Below, piece by piece: positions 18,400 to 27,316 of a stretch of DNA of 64,000 nt (positions within the stretch are counted from its first letter, which is position 1; the number at the start of each line of letters is the position of its first letter). Both the position numbers and the translations under genes were made by a program. The DNA lies in IMG/VR virus record IMGVR_UViG_3300032220_000699, positions 32,001 to 96,000 of that record. One strand, given 5' to 3'. The notes under the pieces are model-generated. The model made no database searches. It was not told the DNA's origin and was given only the letters and a program-made list of their open reading frames with translations. Origin of the DNA: a virus.

Positions 18400-18570
18400 A
18401 AAAAAAGAAAAACACTACCTGAAACAGGCAGTGTGAGTGCTTTTCATGTATTTAATAATTTCAGGGTAACGCCCTAATTCAAATCAGCTTAGGACTGACG
18501 ACCAGTGTGGTGTGTGCTAACGAGTCAGAGACTCTACCGCACACACTTCTCTTCCTACCTTAGTAGTTAT
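18400..18570 (-). ncRNA. Candidate structured small RNA
   Basis: ORF-free, GC-richer island with four hairpins; the wobble pairs work only on the minus strand; ends in a U-tract terminator with no upstream minus-strand CDS. Confidence 0.45.
18413..18433 (-). terminator. Terminator with no upstream CDS
   Basis: CACUGCCU/AGGUAGUG with a G-U pair plus U-tract on the minus strand. Confidence 0.75.
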
Positions 18571-18654
18571 AATCTTTGAATACCAAAACATTTTATAACA
18601 GTTTAAAATTAATCAATAAATAATTAAATAATTAAAAAATTAATGAAAGTATGA

Positions 18655-18661
18655 TTTGACT
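18655..18661 (+). promoter_or_regulatory. Late-type motif TTTGACT
   Basis: 27 nt before 18682. Confidence 0.6.
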
Positions 18662-18681
18662 AATAAACTAAGGAAATTCAA

Positions 18682-20946
18682 ATGGCAATAGGCGACTTAA
18701 TAGGTAGTGCTAAATCAGCCATGGGTTCTGTACAAGGTGCAGTTAGCTCAGCACAAAATATGGTTGGATCAGCTACTTCAGGTTTAAATATTACATCAAA
18801 AACAGATCAGTCAAGAGCTATCGAATCAATCGACTCAACTTTTGACAGAGAATGGTTAAAGAGTACTTTTATTCTTAGAGACGAAGATATAGTTTTAGGT
18901 GATGAATACAGTAAGTGGGTGAGAAAGAATCGTTACATTTCTTCAGCTGACTTTAAGTATACATCTACAGCACCTGGTATGAATATGGCTGTTAATCCTA
19001 AGCCACAATTCACACGTTATGCAGATCCTCGTGTTAGAGGTAAACTTGAATCAAGACCAGAGTTTATTTCTGTGGCAACAACAGGACATCAACATGGTTT
19101 AGGTATGGGTCGTTATTATTCGGAAGCTTTCGATGATAATCAACAACGTATCTTTATGAGATTCGGTGTACCTAAATATATCCCTCTTCTTCTTTGGATA
19201 TATAAGTCATTCGACGTTGATAAAGTTGTTCTTCAGAATAGAGGTGTTATTACTTCTACACTTATTGAAACAGTTGGTCTTATTGCTAAGATGTTTGCTA
19301 TTGCAACAGCACCACTGTTAGCTTTTGGTATGTTTGCTGCGAATGTCATTACTCAGAGTAGTCGTTTCTATTCTGTTAAAGATACAATGTATACTTATTG
19401 GTGTACTGTTGAAAACATCCTTAACCAAATGGCTGCTCGTAGAACAATGATTCCCCATGTTCTTCAAGACTTTACATTCCGTTTAGATAGTCGTATTGGT
19501 ACAGAACAGAAACCAACAGAGAAATTCTTAACTGGGTTTAATGAGATTCTTCCTGATGTTATTAATCCAGAAACTGGACGTATCAGTGTTTTTGCTTTGG
19601 CTTTAAGAGCACAAGCTGCTTTTAACAAAATGAAGAAAGCTGATGTCGAGAAGAATGAATCTAAAACTATCTCGAGTGATTTTACAGGTTATCCTGAGAC
19701 AGGTAATACTTCCCACGATACCTATTTCACGAATAAAGAAGGTAAGGCAACTTTGTTCACAGAGTTGTTATTTAAACGTGCCTATGATTTATTAATCAAA
19801 GATGATAAGGATAACACCGTAAGTCTTGATCAAGATAACAGTACAAATCAAAGTGGTCTTATTGATTTTGATCCAACATGGACTGACGAGAATGGTAAGA
19901 TCCTTTCTCCTAAAGTAAATAAGGATAATCCTGAAGACTCTGTTGAAAAACAAGTCATGGAAAATGCTGAAAAGAAAAAGGATAAATGGGGTAAGTATAA
20001 AGAATACATGATGGCAGAGTTATCTGAAGGTGCTGCCTTTGCTGTATTTAATGTTGAGTATACCGGTTCTATTGGTGAGTCATTTAGCAACTCTTTCGGA
20101 TCTAATCCATTAGAGTCAACATTTAATTCTATCAGTTCAAAAGCACGTAACTTAACTGACTTAATGTCTTCAGCTGCTAATATTCCTGTCGTAGGCGATG
20201 CAATGAAATTTGCAGCAGATGCAGGTGCTAAGATTCTGAGTGAGGCTAGTTTTGGTCTTGCTAACCCACTTCTTGCACTGGCTTATGGTGTTAACATCAC
20301 TATGCCTAAGGTTTGGGAATCTAGTTCAGCCACACTACCTAGAGCGAGTTATAAGATGAAACTTATTTCTCCTTATGGTAATGCATACTCTCAGTTATTT
20401 AATATCTATCTTCCTATGGCTATGCTTCTTGCCGGTAGCCTTCCTAGGTCAACTGGTAATACTTCTTACACCTATCCATTTTTCTGTCAGCTCTTTGACA
20501 GAGGTAGAACAAATATTCAGCTTGGTATGATTGAGTCTGTATCATTTACTCGTGGTACATCTAATCTTGGTTTTAGTCGTGCTGGTCATCCTAATGCAAT
20601 TGATATTGATTTCTCTGTTGCTAATCTTGACGAAATGATAGCAGTTGATGTTTCACAATCTGGTGTACTTGGTAAAGCAATGGCTGCACTTAGTCCAGAC
20701 TTTAGTGACAGTCCTTTTGTTTCTTATCTTAACACAATTACTGCTGTTGATGTTTATACACAAATTTACCGTATACCTATGCTTAGACTTAAACTCGCTG
20801 AACGTATAGCGACATTAAAATCAGTAGTAAATCCAGATCCAGCAGCATTTGCCGCTATGACAGTTCAAAACTTCCCAGGACTTGGTTTTGCTAGAAATGT
20901 TCTTGGTGATAATCACCAAGCGTTACAAGATATAACAATGCGTTAA
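18682..20946 (+). CDS. phiKZ-like virion structural protein, 754 aa (baseplate-region candidate)
   Basis: AAGGA RBS, late motif 27 nt upstream, NPKPQFTRYADP segment recalled from phiKZ-like structural proteins. Confidence 0.6.
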   Translation: MAIGDLIGSAKSAMGSVQGAVSSAQNMVGSATSGLNITSKTDQSRAIESIDSTFDREWLKSTFILRDEDIVLGDEYSKWVRKNRYISSADFKYTSTAPGMNMAVNPKPQFTRYADPRVRGKLESRPEFISVATTGHQHGLGMGRYYSEAFDDNQQRIFMRFGVPKYIPLLLWIYKSFDVDKVVLQNRGVITSTLIETVGLIAKMFAIATAPLLAFGMFAANVITQSSRFYSVKDTMYTYWCTVENILNQMAARRTMIPHVLQDFTFRLDSRIGTEQKPTEKFLTGFNEILPDVINPETGRISVFALALRAQAAFNKMKKADVEKNESKTISSDFTGYPETGNTSHDTYFTNKEGKATLFTELLFKRAYDLLIKDDKDNTVSLDQDNSTNQSGLIDFDPTWTDENGKILSPKVNKDNPEDSVEKQVMENAEKKKDKWGKYKEYMMAELSEGAAFAVFNVEYTGSIGESFSNSFGSNPLESTFNSISSKARNLTDLMSSAANIPVVGDAMKFAADAGAKILSEASFGLANPLLALAYGVNITMPKVWESSSATLPRASYKMKLISPYGNAYSQLFNIYLPMAMLLAGSLPRSTGNTSYTYPFFCQLFDRGRTNIQLGMIESVSFTRGTSNLGFSRAGHPNAIDIDFSVANLDEMIAVDVSQSGVLGKAMAALSPDFSDSPFVSYLNTITAVDVYTQIYRIPMLRLKLAERIATLKSVVNPDPAAFAAMTVQNFPGLGFARNVLGDNHQALQDITMR

Positions 20947-21047
20947 TAGATAGCTCTAGAAGCTTCGTAATCGCTCTGTAAGCGATTTAAAACACTAACA
21001 TGATGAATGTTACTAGCAAGAAAAATAAACGCTTAAAACACGTAAGA

Positions 21048-21078
21048 AACATCCAGAGGGAATAACCCTCTGGATGTT
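21048..21078. terminator. Bidirectional terminator
   Basis: aacatccagaggg/ccctctggatgtt. Confidence 0.85.
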
Positions 21079-21091
21079 ATCTTTTCAGATA

Positions 21092-22024
21092 TTACTGTGC
21101 AGCTACTTCGGCCGGCGCTTCAGCCAGGGATGCGGCAGCAGCCAAATCAGGATTGTCAACAGTTGCCGGAACAATTGCATCATTAGCTTGACCTTCGGCA
21201 GCCTTCTGAGAAGCTTCAGCCTCACGAGCCTGTTGTTTCGCAACAGCAACGCGATACAGATCATCATAGTTTACATCACGCAGGATAACGAAGATTTCCT
21301 TACGAACGATGTAGTCAAACATACGAACAGACCAGTCTTCAAAACCATGCTGTTGAACCAGTTGGTTCATGATCTTGCCATTGGTAGCCGAGACATCCAT
21401 TTCTTCAACGATGTGACGGATATTGGCAGTCATCTTATCCAGAACTTCAATCTCTTCCGGAGCAACAACAGCATTCTGGAAGAACAGTGCAAACTGCTCT
21501 TCAGTCAGACGGACAGGCAGACCCAGACCGAGGTGAACTTGGTTGACCGGATCACGTTGATCACCCATGAAGAATGCGGCTTCTTCAAAGTTCAGATCAG
21601 CACCGACAGCACCAAGAATGTCGCAACCCAGTTCTTCGACGAGTTCACGCTTAGCAGCAGCCAGGCAGGTGTCAACCAGGTCTTGCTTGGTCATAACGAA
21701 ATGATCAGTGGTGTCTTCAGCAGTATGCCTGGATTGACACTTGATTTCGTCAGCATCATCAATGTGACCACCGAAACCGATAGAAACCTTAGACAGCAGA
21801 CGATCATCACCACCCTTAGCAGCACGCTTGTACTGAGCAAACAGAAGTTTACCTTCAGCATGCTTGGGCGTATAGAAAACAACATAAGGAACAACTTGCA
21901 GGAACTTATTGTTCGGGTCTTCGCAGATATCACGTGCGACCATACAGCTGTCGATGGTCTCAGCTTCACCACGGATCAGAGCACCGATTTCTTCCATCGA
22001 ATTGATACAGAGAGCGCGCTTCAT
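21092..22024 (-). CDS. NUDIX-superfamily hydrolase (COG4112-like) with Ala-rich C-terminal extension
   Basis: LQVVPY, SIGFGGHID, AAKRELVEELG (Nudix-box-like), VHLG; AGGAG RBS at 22024. Confidence 0.8.
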   Translation of the reverse strand: MKRALCINSMEEIGALIRGEAETIDSCMVARDICEDPNNKFLQVVPYVVFYTPKHAEGKLLFAQYKRAAKGGDDRLLSKVSIGFGGHIDDADEIKCQSRHTAEDTTDHFVMTKQDLVDTCLAAAKRELVEELGCDILGAVGADLNFEEAAFFMGDQRDPVNQVHLGLGLPVRLTEEQFALFFQNAVVAPEEIEVLDKMTANIRHIVEEMDVSATNGKIMNQLVQQHGFEDWSVRMFDYIVRKEIFVILRDVNYDDLYRVAVAKQQAREAEASQKAAEGQANDAIVPATVDNPDLAAAASLAEAPAEVAAQ

Positions 22025-22137
22025 AAAAACTCCTAATTGACTTGTTTGGGAAATCCATACAATATAACTTGTCATTAAAAAATAAAAAAAAAAAATACAA
22101 CCACCGGTTAAGGTGGTTGTACTTAACTTCGAGGATA

Positions 22138-22842
22138 TTAAACCTGAGCTACCTCTTCGACAACACCACTCTCAGTGTTTTCGATAACAGGTTCATCTTC
22201 ACCGTCGGGTTTGACTTTCTGTTGAGGTTTGTTCGGCTTGGTTTTCGGTTGAACCGGTTCCAGGTTAAAGTTCTTACGAACCACCTGGTCGATCCAGCCT
22301 TGAAGTTTCTTCAGTTCGAAACCAGGAATAATCTTCTCGGATTCGATTTTACCAAGCCCGGAATGATTACCGTGCTCGATGTTCAGTTTGACAAGAGCCT
22401 TGATAATGTCCGCATTCTTTTGATTCTGCGGAAATTCTTTAAGGCCGTTAGCGTGGATGCGATATTCTGCCCAGGGAAGATCAAGCAGATTCACACCACC
22501 TGCGGTCGACTGCTTAACCAGCGCTCCGTGCAACGAGGAAAGCTGATACCATTTAGCGAGATACAATGCTTGTTGGTAGAGCACCTGCGTGTCGCGGTCA
22601 AGGTAAGGCAGACGAGTCGGCTTACCAGAGTGACGTTGAGTTTCATCACCATAGTGGAGCCAAGAAACAAAACTTTGCGGAGAAAGGAATTCCCCCAACT
22701 GAGGGATGAAGAAAGCGCGACGCCAATTCATACTGGCGTATTTTCCGATCTTGGTTTCGCCAAAAGGAGCAAGCAAAACATGATCAACACCGTCTTGTTT
22801 GAATGCAACCTTAATCATAGCCTCTTTAATAGAGAGTGACAT
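22138..22842 (-). CDS. Jumbo-phage protein with DGVDH motif (degenerate NADAR-like)
   Basis: DGVDHVLL...GETKIGKY...FFIPQLGEFLSPQSFVSWL; early promoter variant upstream. Confidence 0.5.
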   Translation of the reverse strand: MSLSIKEAMIKVAFKQDGVDHVLLAPFGETKIGKYASMNWRRAFFIPQLGEFLSPQSFVSWLHYGDETQRHSGKPTRLPYLDRDTQVLYQQALYLAKWYQLSSLHGALVKQSTAGGVNLLDLPWAEYRIHANGLKEFPQNQKNADIIKALVKLNIEHGNHSGLGKIESEKIIPGFELKKLQGWIDQVVRKNFNLEPVQPKTKPNKPQQKVKPDGEDEPVIENTESGVVEEVAQV

Positions 22843-22913
22843 TTTTATATCCTCATTAGCTCAGGTTGAAAAACTCCTAACGTAGAGCCATTGTTAAGAG
22901 TAGGGTCAAATAT

Positions 22914-22937
22914 TAAATATGTAACTGATAATAATTC
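22914..22937 (-). promoter_or_regulatory. Early-type promoter variant GA-N14-CATATTTA
   Basis: 72 nt before 22842. Confidence 0.65.
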
Positions 22938-23005
22938 AGCTGCATATCTGGGAATCTTGGTGTCCATGGAGGATTAACCTCCATGGACTTTATTTCTACC
23001 TTCCG

Positions 23006-23665
23006 TTAGTTAAGACTAAATGTCTCGAAGAAGGGTTTGATCATGGTTACGTTATCATTGGAGTCCATATACTGGATCTTACCAACAATGTAAATTTTCC
23101 CTTCGTCTACATCTGTATTGACTGAGAAAGGAACAATGTCGCCGTAATCAGAGTAGAGAGAATAGACCCTTTCAAGTTTATCATCCTCAATACTGACAAT
23201 AGCAAAAATATAGTTCTCGTATTCTTCATCATAACCAACAAGGAAGATACGATTTTTCTTTTGAATATAACTGAAAATGTCGATGGACTTAAGACAACTT
23301 AAACTATCAATAATGCCATCGGGTTGACGGTAAACAATCTGTTCAGTGTACTCGACTTCATCCTTATCAGTTATTTTGAATTTATAGGCTTTATCGTTAA
23401 ACTGGATAATTCCGATAAAGGTATATTCGTTGCCATTGTTGCAGAAGGGTTTAAAGAACTTAATACTGGTGAAGTTTTCAAAACCGTTAGGTGTCTTAAC
23501 TTCATCAATATTCTCGATCAGGAAAAACTTATCTGTGGTGATTTTGTAAAGCTTGTGTTCCTCACGATCAAAGAAGAAAAAGAAAATATTGAAACGATCA
23601 GAGTACACAAATAAATGTTCGCCGTTGAACTCAAGATCCGACAGCTTAATTTCTTTGTCTTGCAT
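23006..23665 (-). CDS. Acidic beta-rich hypothetical protein, 219 aa
   Basis: GGAGGT RBS; flanked by terminators. Confidence 0.7.
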   Translation of the reverse strand: MQDKEIKLSDLEFNGEHLFVYSDRFNIFFFFFDREEHKLYKITTDKFFLIENIDEVKTPNGFENFTSIKFFKPFCNNGNEYTFIGIIQFNDKAYKFKITDKDEVEYTEQIVYRQPDGIIDSLSCLKSIDIFSYIQKKNRIFLVGYDEEYENYIFAIVSIEDDKLERVYSLYSDYGDIVPFSVNTDVDEGKIYIVGKIQYMDSNDNVTMIKPFFETFSLN

Positions 23666-23729
23666 AACTACCTCCGTAATTAGTCCGAAACTCTAGGGAG
23701 ATTAACTCCCCCTAGAGTCGCGGCGCAAA

Positions 23730-24215
23730 TTACTTGCCGAACATGCCAGCAAATTCTTCCGACATGGAATCGCGGACAGCCTTCAGGCCGTTGCCCTTGA
23801 CAGAGGAAGAGGAGACGGTCGTCTGCATAACGAGATGCTTGACAACTTCCTTTTCATCCGGGTTCTTTGCCAGATGGTTCTGGAAAGTCTTGGTGCGAGC
23901 CACAGAAATATTGATGCTGTCATTCTTACCGAAGTAACCAACTTCAGCTTCAACAGCTTCAACAGCCTTGTCACCCTTGAAGATTTCGGCAGCCATTTCG
24001 CCGACAGCGATGTGCGTGGCGGTAACGAACTTACCGTTGTACTTCGACAGTTCTTCAACCGTATCAGCGGTGATACCTTCCGGCAGGTTTTCGACATAGG
24101 TCGAACGCGGCACAGTTTCCTTGATAGCGGAACCTTGGGCTACGAGACCACCCTTGATTTTTGCGGCGAGATCAGAATGCTTTTGCAGGTTTTCTGCTTT
24201 GAAATTGACGGACAT
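23730..24215 (-). CDS. Highly expressed early hypothetical protein, 161 aa
   Basis: AAGGAG RBS, chimallin-like codon bias, own promoter and terminator. Confidence 0.8.
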   Translation of the reverse strand: MSVNFKAENLQKHSDLAAKIKGGLVAQGSAIKETVPRSTYVENLPEGITADTVEELSKYNGKFVTATHIAVGEMAAEIFKGDKAVEAVEAEVGYFGKNDSINISVARTKTFQNHLAKNPDEKEVVKHLVMQTTVSSSSVKGNGLKAVRDSMSEEFAGMFGK

Positions 24216-24375
24216 CTTTTAACTCCTTGTTGATATGATCTGATTGATCACGGGTCTAGGTAGGGAATCTATTACTGAGATTAGGCACTGGATCAAAAAC
24301 TGCTTGATAACCAGATAACCAATTGATAGTGTTAATCAATAAAAAAATAATAACATTGTACTTAGAGACACTTAA

Positions 24376-24399
24376 TATATATGTTACTAATTTAGCTTC
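24376..24399 (-). promoter_or_regulatory. Early-type promoter GA-N14-CATATATA
   Basis: 161 nt before 24215. Confidence 0.7.
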
Positions 24400-24484
24400 C
24401 AAAACACAAACCACTTATGAAAATTTAAATAAATATGAGAATCCTTTTACAACTTACTTCCAACTATTCATAAAGGTGGGTTAA

Positions 24485-24970
24485 ATGCAAACTTTAACAC
24501 CATGTTGTAACAACAACACATTGATGAACAAATTTTATAAGAATCTGACTTTGTTCTTATTCTTCGTTCTTCCTTCAAAGATCGCAAACATCTTCATCAA
24601 TCTTTCTATCTTGGCAATTATATACGATATTCGGAATATCAATTTTTGTACTGACAAGATAAACACCGATCGCATCCACTCTTTATTGAAAGTAACTGTT
24701 AGCGAAGAAATTTTACTATTACCCAATTACACCATTCATTGGTTTTGGGATGAAAATTTCCTTAACACAAAAACAACAATCAACAATCAAGAATACACTC
24801 TGAAACAGATCATTTATGATTCTGGACTGTTTTTCAGTCATATGAGATTGGTTATCGATATGTTCCTTAACCATCTTCCGAACACAATGAAAATGAAGTT
24901 AGGTGTGAGTGACGCAAGAAAGCGCATTGCTGTTAAGCACAATTTAATGAACATCCTTATTTATAGTTAA
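24485..24970 (+). CDS. Hypothetical protein, 161 aa
   Basis: AAGGTGG RBS; terminator after the stop. Confidence 0.55.
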   Translation: MQTLTPCCNNNTLMNKFYKNLTLFLFFVLPSKIANIFINLSILAIIYDIRNINFCTDKINTDRIHSLLKVTVSEEILLLPNYTIHWFWDENFLNTKTTINNQEYTLKQIIYDSGLFFSHMRLVIDMFLNHLPNTMKMKLGVSDARKRIAVKHNLMNILIYS

Positions 24971-24977
24971 ACTGAAA

Positions 24978-25009
24978 ATACTAGAAGGAGCACTGGCTCC
25001 TTCTAGTAT
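24978..25009. terminator. Bidirectional terminator
   Basis: Inverted repeat of about 14 bp between convergent genes. Confidence 0.8.
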
Positions 25010-25017
25010 CTTTATCT

Positions 25018-25413
25018 TTAATCAAATGTAGCAGCAAGAATAAACAGATTATCAAGTTGCTCATCTGTAAGACCAAACGCTGAAGCAATCTGACCAAGTA
25101 ATGGCGCATTACGTTTTACAGTGGCAGCGTATTCCCATTCAATTCGAGCAGCCTGTCCTTGGACCCCAGGCATGTTAGCAATGGCTGTATCAACTTGTTG
25201 AAGCAGACCATATTGAAGCAGAGCAAGCTTAGCTTGTCGCATGGTTACTTCTTGAGGGACATTTCCATTAGCTACAATATCAGGAATAGGTTCTAAAGAA
25301 CCAATATGAAGCTCTATAGTAGAATATTGATCAGTTGTTAACGGTAGTCTTTGTGTAAGAATACCGTCATCATATACTTCAAAGAAATCTTCAAATACTT
25401 TAACTTTTCTCAT
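25018..25413 (-). CDS. Tail-fibre assembly/chaperone-like protein
   Basis: VPQEVTMRQAKLALLQ...ARIEWEYA...LGQIASAFGLTDEQLDNLF, a domain common downstream of proteobacterial phage tail-fibre genes. Confidence 0.7.
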   Translation of the reverse strand: MRKVKVFEDFFEVYDDGILTQRLPLTTDQYSTIELHIGSLEPIPDIVANGNVPQEVTMRQAKLALLQYGLLQQVDTAIANMPGVQGQAARIEWEYAATVKRNAPLLGQIASAFGLTDEQLDNLFILAATFD

Positions 25414-25421
25414 ATGTCCTC

Positions 25422-26021
25422 TTATTCAGTAACGTAAACGGCTGGTATATTACCAGTGTTAATTGTAAAGTCTTTAGGTGCAACAGCAGGTAAAACAGAA
25501 TTTGTCAAATTTCTATACAAATGAGTATAGATAGCTGTTGAATTAGCGACTCTTCCTAAATAAGGATAAATTGATGCAGATGCAAGTGCTCTTAATGTTG
25601 GAGCGCCATAGCAGATAATACCAATCCAATATAACAAATCTTTATTAAAACTAAAATCAATAATGGCTTCTTTATCACCAGTCGATGTTGTAATCAATGT
25701 ATCTACAAAATCTAATAGATTGCCAGGATTATCACTTCCATTTACTAATTTTGTATTATCATAAATACCAACAGAACAACCACTATTACTAGCTTGTGAT
25801 GTTACTGATATTTTTACTTTATCTGCTTTAAATTGCCTTGGTGTCTGGAATGGAAAAACATATAAACGTTTGGTAACCATAGCTATAGTTCCCAAAGCTG
25901 TGCCATTCATATCACCTAACACACGAGAAGATTCTTTACGTGTTATAGATGCTAAAGCACCGATACCATTATTACCAAGCTGTTCTTTATTTGTTAACAT
26001 GCTACTTTTAGTAGTTCGCAT
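25422..26021 (-). CDS. Fibre-associated beta-sandwich protein, paralog A
   Basis: Colinear similarity to 26030..26725. Confidence 0.6.
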   Translation of the reverse strand: MRTTKSSMLTNKEQLGNNGIGALASITRKESSRVLGDMNGTALGTIAMVTKRLYVFPFQTPRQFKADKVKISVTSQASNSGCSVGIYDNTKLVNGSDNPGNLLDFVDTLITTSTGDKEAIIDFSFNKDLLYWIGIICYGAPTLRALASASIYPYLGRVANSTAIYTHLYRNLTNSVLPAVAPKDFTINTGNIPAVYVTE

Positions 26022-26029
26022 AATTATCC

Positions 26030-26725
26030 TTACTCAACTAAATATATGGCAGGTATATTTGTTGTTCCGCTTAGTAAGTCAGTTGGACCTAAAGCAGGAA
26101 GACCAAATGTACCATAATCTTTATACAGATGACTTACACCTGTATTACTAGAAGGAACACGTCCTAACGATGAAGCAACAGAATAAATATTGACAGCTCT
26201 TAGTGTTGGAGCTGAACTACACATAATAGCAACCCAATAAAGTGTATTAGGCTGAAACACAAATGAGCTAGCAGAATCTTTATTGCCATTAGGTGCACCA
26301 GTCGACATTGTGACCGATGTCAGTAGTTGGTAAGGATTATCATTGCCGTTAGCAATCTTTATATTATTATAAACACCGATAGCAGCATTTCCTGCAGACT
26401 GACCAGTGACACTAATTCTAAAATTAGTTAAAGTTAATTCTCTCGGTGTGACAAAGGGAATAACATATAAACGTCTTGTAACCATAGCCTGTGTGGCTAA
26501 AGCATAAATATTATTATCTCCTACAATTTTAGGAGATTCTTTTCTAACAGGGAAAGGAATTAAATCACTACCTGTTCCTCCGCCTCCAGATAACTGAAGG
26601 GAGCTTATTCCGTCTTTGTCTGTTACGTGAACAGTTAAGATGCCAGCGGTGTTAACAAAATAAATGCTATCAGGTTCTAACACCGCTGGCAAACTGTTGA
26701 CTTTAAAGAACTTGATTGATGACAT
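26030..26725 (-). CDS. Fibre-associated protein, paralog B (N-terminus shared with 26728..27291)
   Basis: IKFFKVNSLPAVLEPDSIYFV N-terminus plus the paralog-A-like domain. Confidence 0.6.
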   Translation of the reverse strand: MSSIKFFKVNSLPAVLEPDSIYFVNTAGILTVHVTDKDGISSLQLSGGGGTGSDLIPFPVRKESPKIVGDNNIYALATQAMVTRRLYVIPFVTPRELTLTNFRISVTGQSAGNAAIGVYNNIKIANGNDNPYQLLTSVTMSTGAPNGNKDSASSFVFQPNTLYWVAIMCSSAPTLRAVNIYSVASSLGRVPSSNTGVSHLYKDYGTFGLPALGPTDLLSGTTNIPAIYLVE

Positions 26726-26727
26726 GC

Positions 26728-27291
26728 TTACCAGTCAGCTTGTTCTAAACGAGCACGCGGATGATTGCCAGCGTATTGCAGATCACCGTTAGCATCTTCA
26801 CCGATCTTATTCAGTTCGGTCATGTTAGCATGGGTGTGACGCTGAGCAACAGCAGAATCAATATCGGCAACAGAAGAAGCCGGCTTGTTCTGAATAGCAG
26901 CCCAGGTCAGTGTGACATCGAGTGACTCATATTCAGAAACCTTAACCCATGTGCTATTAGAAGAACGCCATGCATAGGTAGCAGCACCGCTAGCAACAGT
27001 TGCATCGCCAGTTGCATCCAGAACCAGAACAAACTTATTACCGGTTAAGGACAGAGCGTCACGAGCTGCAATATTATCAACGATTTCGAAAGCATTGCTA
27101 GCGGAAATCGAACTATTGATCATCGACTGGATGTCGTCGATGTTAACGATACGACGGACAACAGACGCATCAGCGCTGGTCACGTACATCTCAACGTGAT
27201 TAGGTTTGGCGACTGGTGCGACGTAGTAAACTGCGTGGCCTTCCAGGATTGCCGGAAGAGTCGTTACCTTGAAAAACTTAATAGCTGCCAT
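26728..27291 (-). CDS. Abundant virion fibre/decoration protein, 187 aa
   Basis: IAARDAL...VLVLDATGDATVASGAATY...WVKVSEYES and W..IQNKP fibre motif; high-expression codons. Confidence 0.65.
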   Translation of the reverse strand: MAAIKFFKVTTLPAILEGHAVYYVAPVAKPNHVEMYVTSADASVVRRIVNIDDIQSMINSSISASNAFEIVDNIAARDALSLTGNKFVLVLDATGDATVASGAATYAWRSSNSTWVKVSEYESLDVTLTWAAIQNKPASSVADIDSAVAQRHTHANMTELNKIGEDANGDLQYAGNHPRARLEQADW

Positions 27292-27316
27292 GTTTGTACT
27301 CCTTGTGAAAAAAAGA

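Noticed and set aside
18400-18570. tRNA or hammerhead ribozyme (CTGACGA at about 18495)
   Set aside because: No T-loop or acceptor-stem cloverleaf; no GAAA core after the putative stem II
21074-22839. Plus-strand ORFs of 320 and 265 aa
   Set aside because: Shadows of the NUDIX and DGVDH genes
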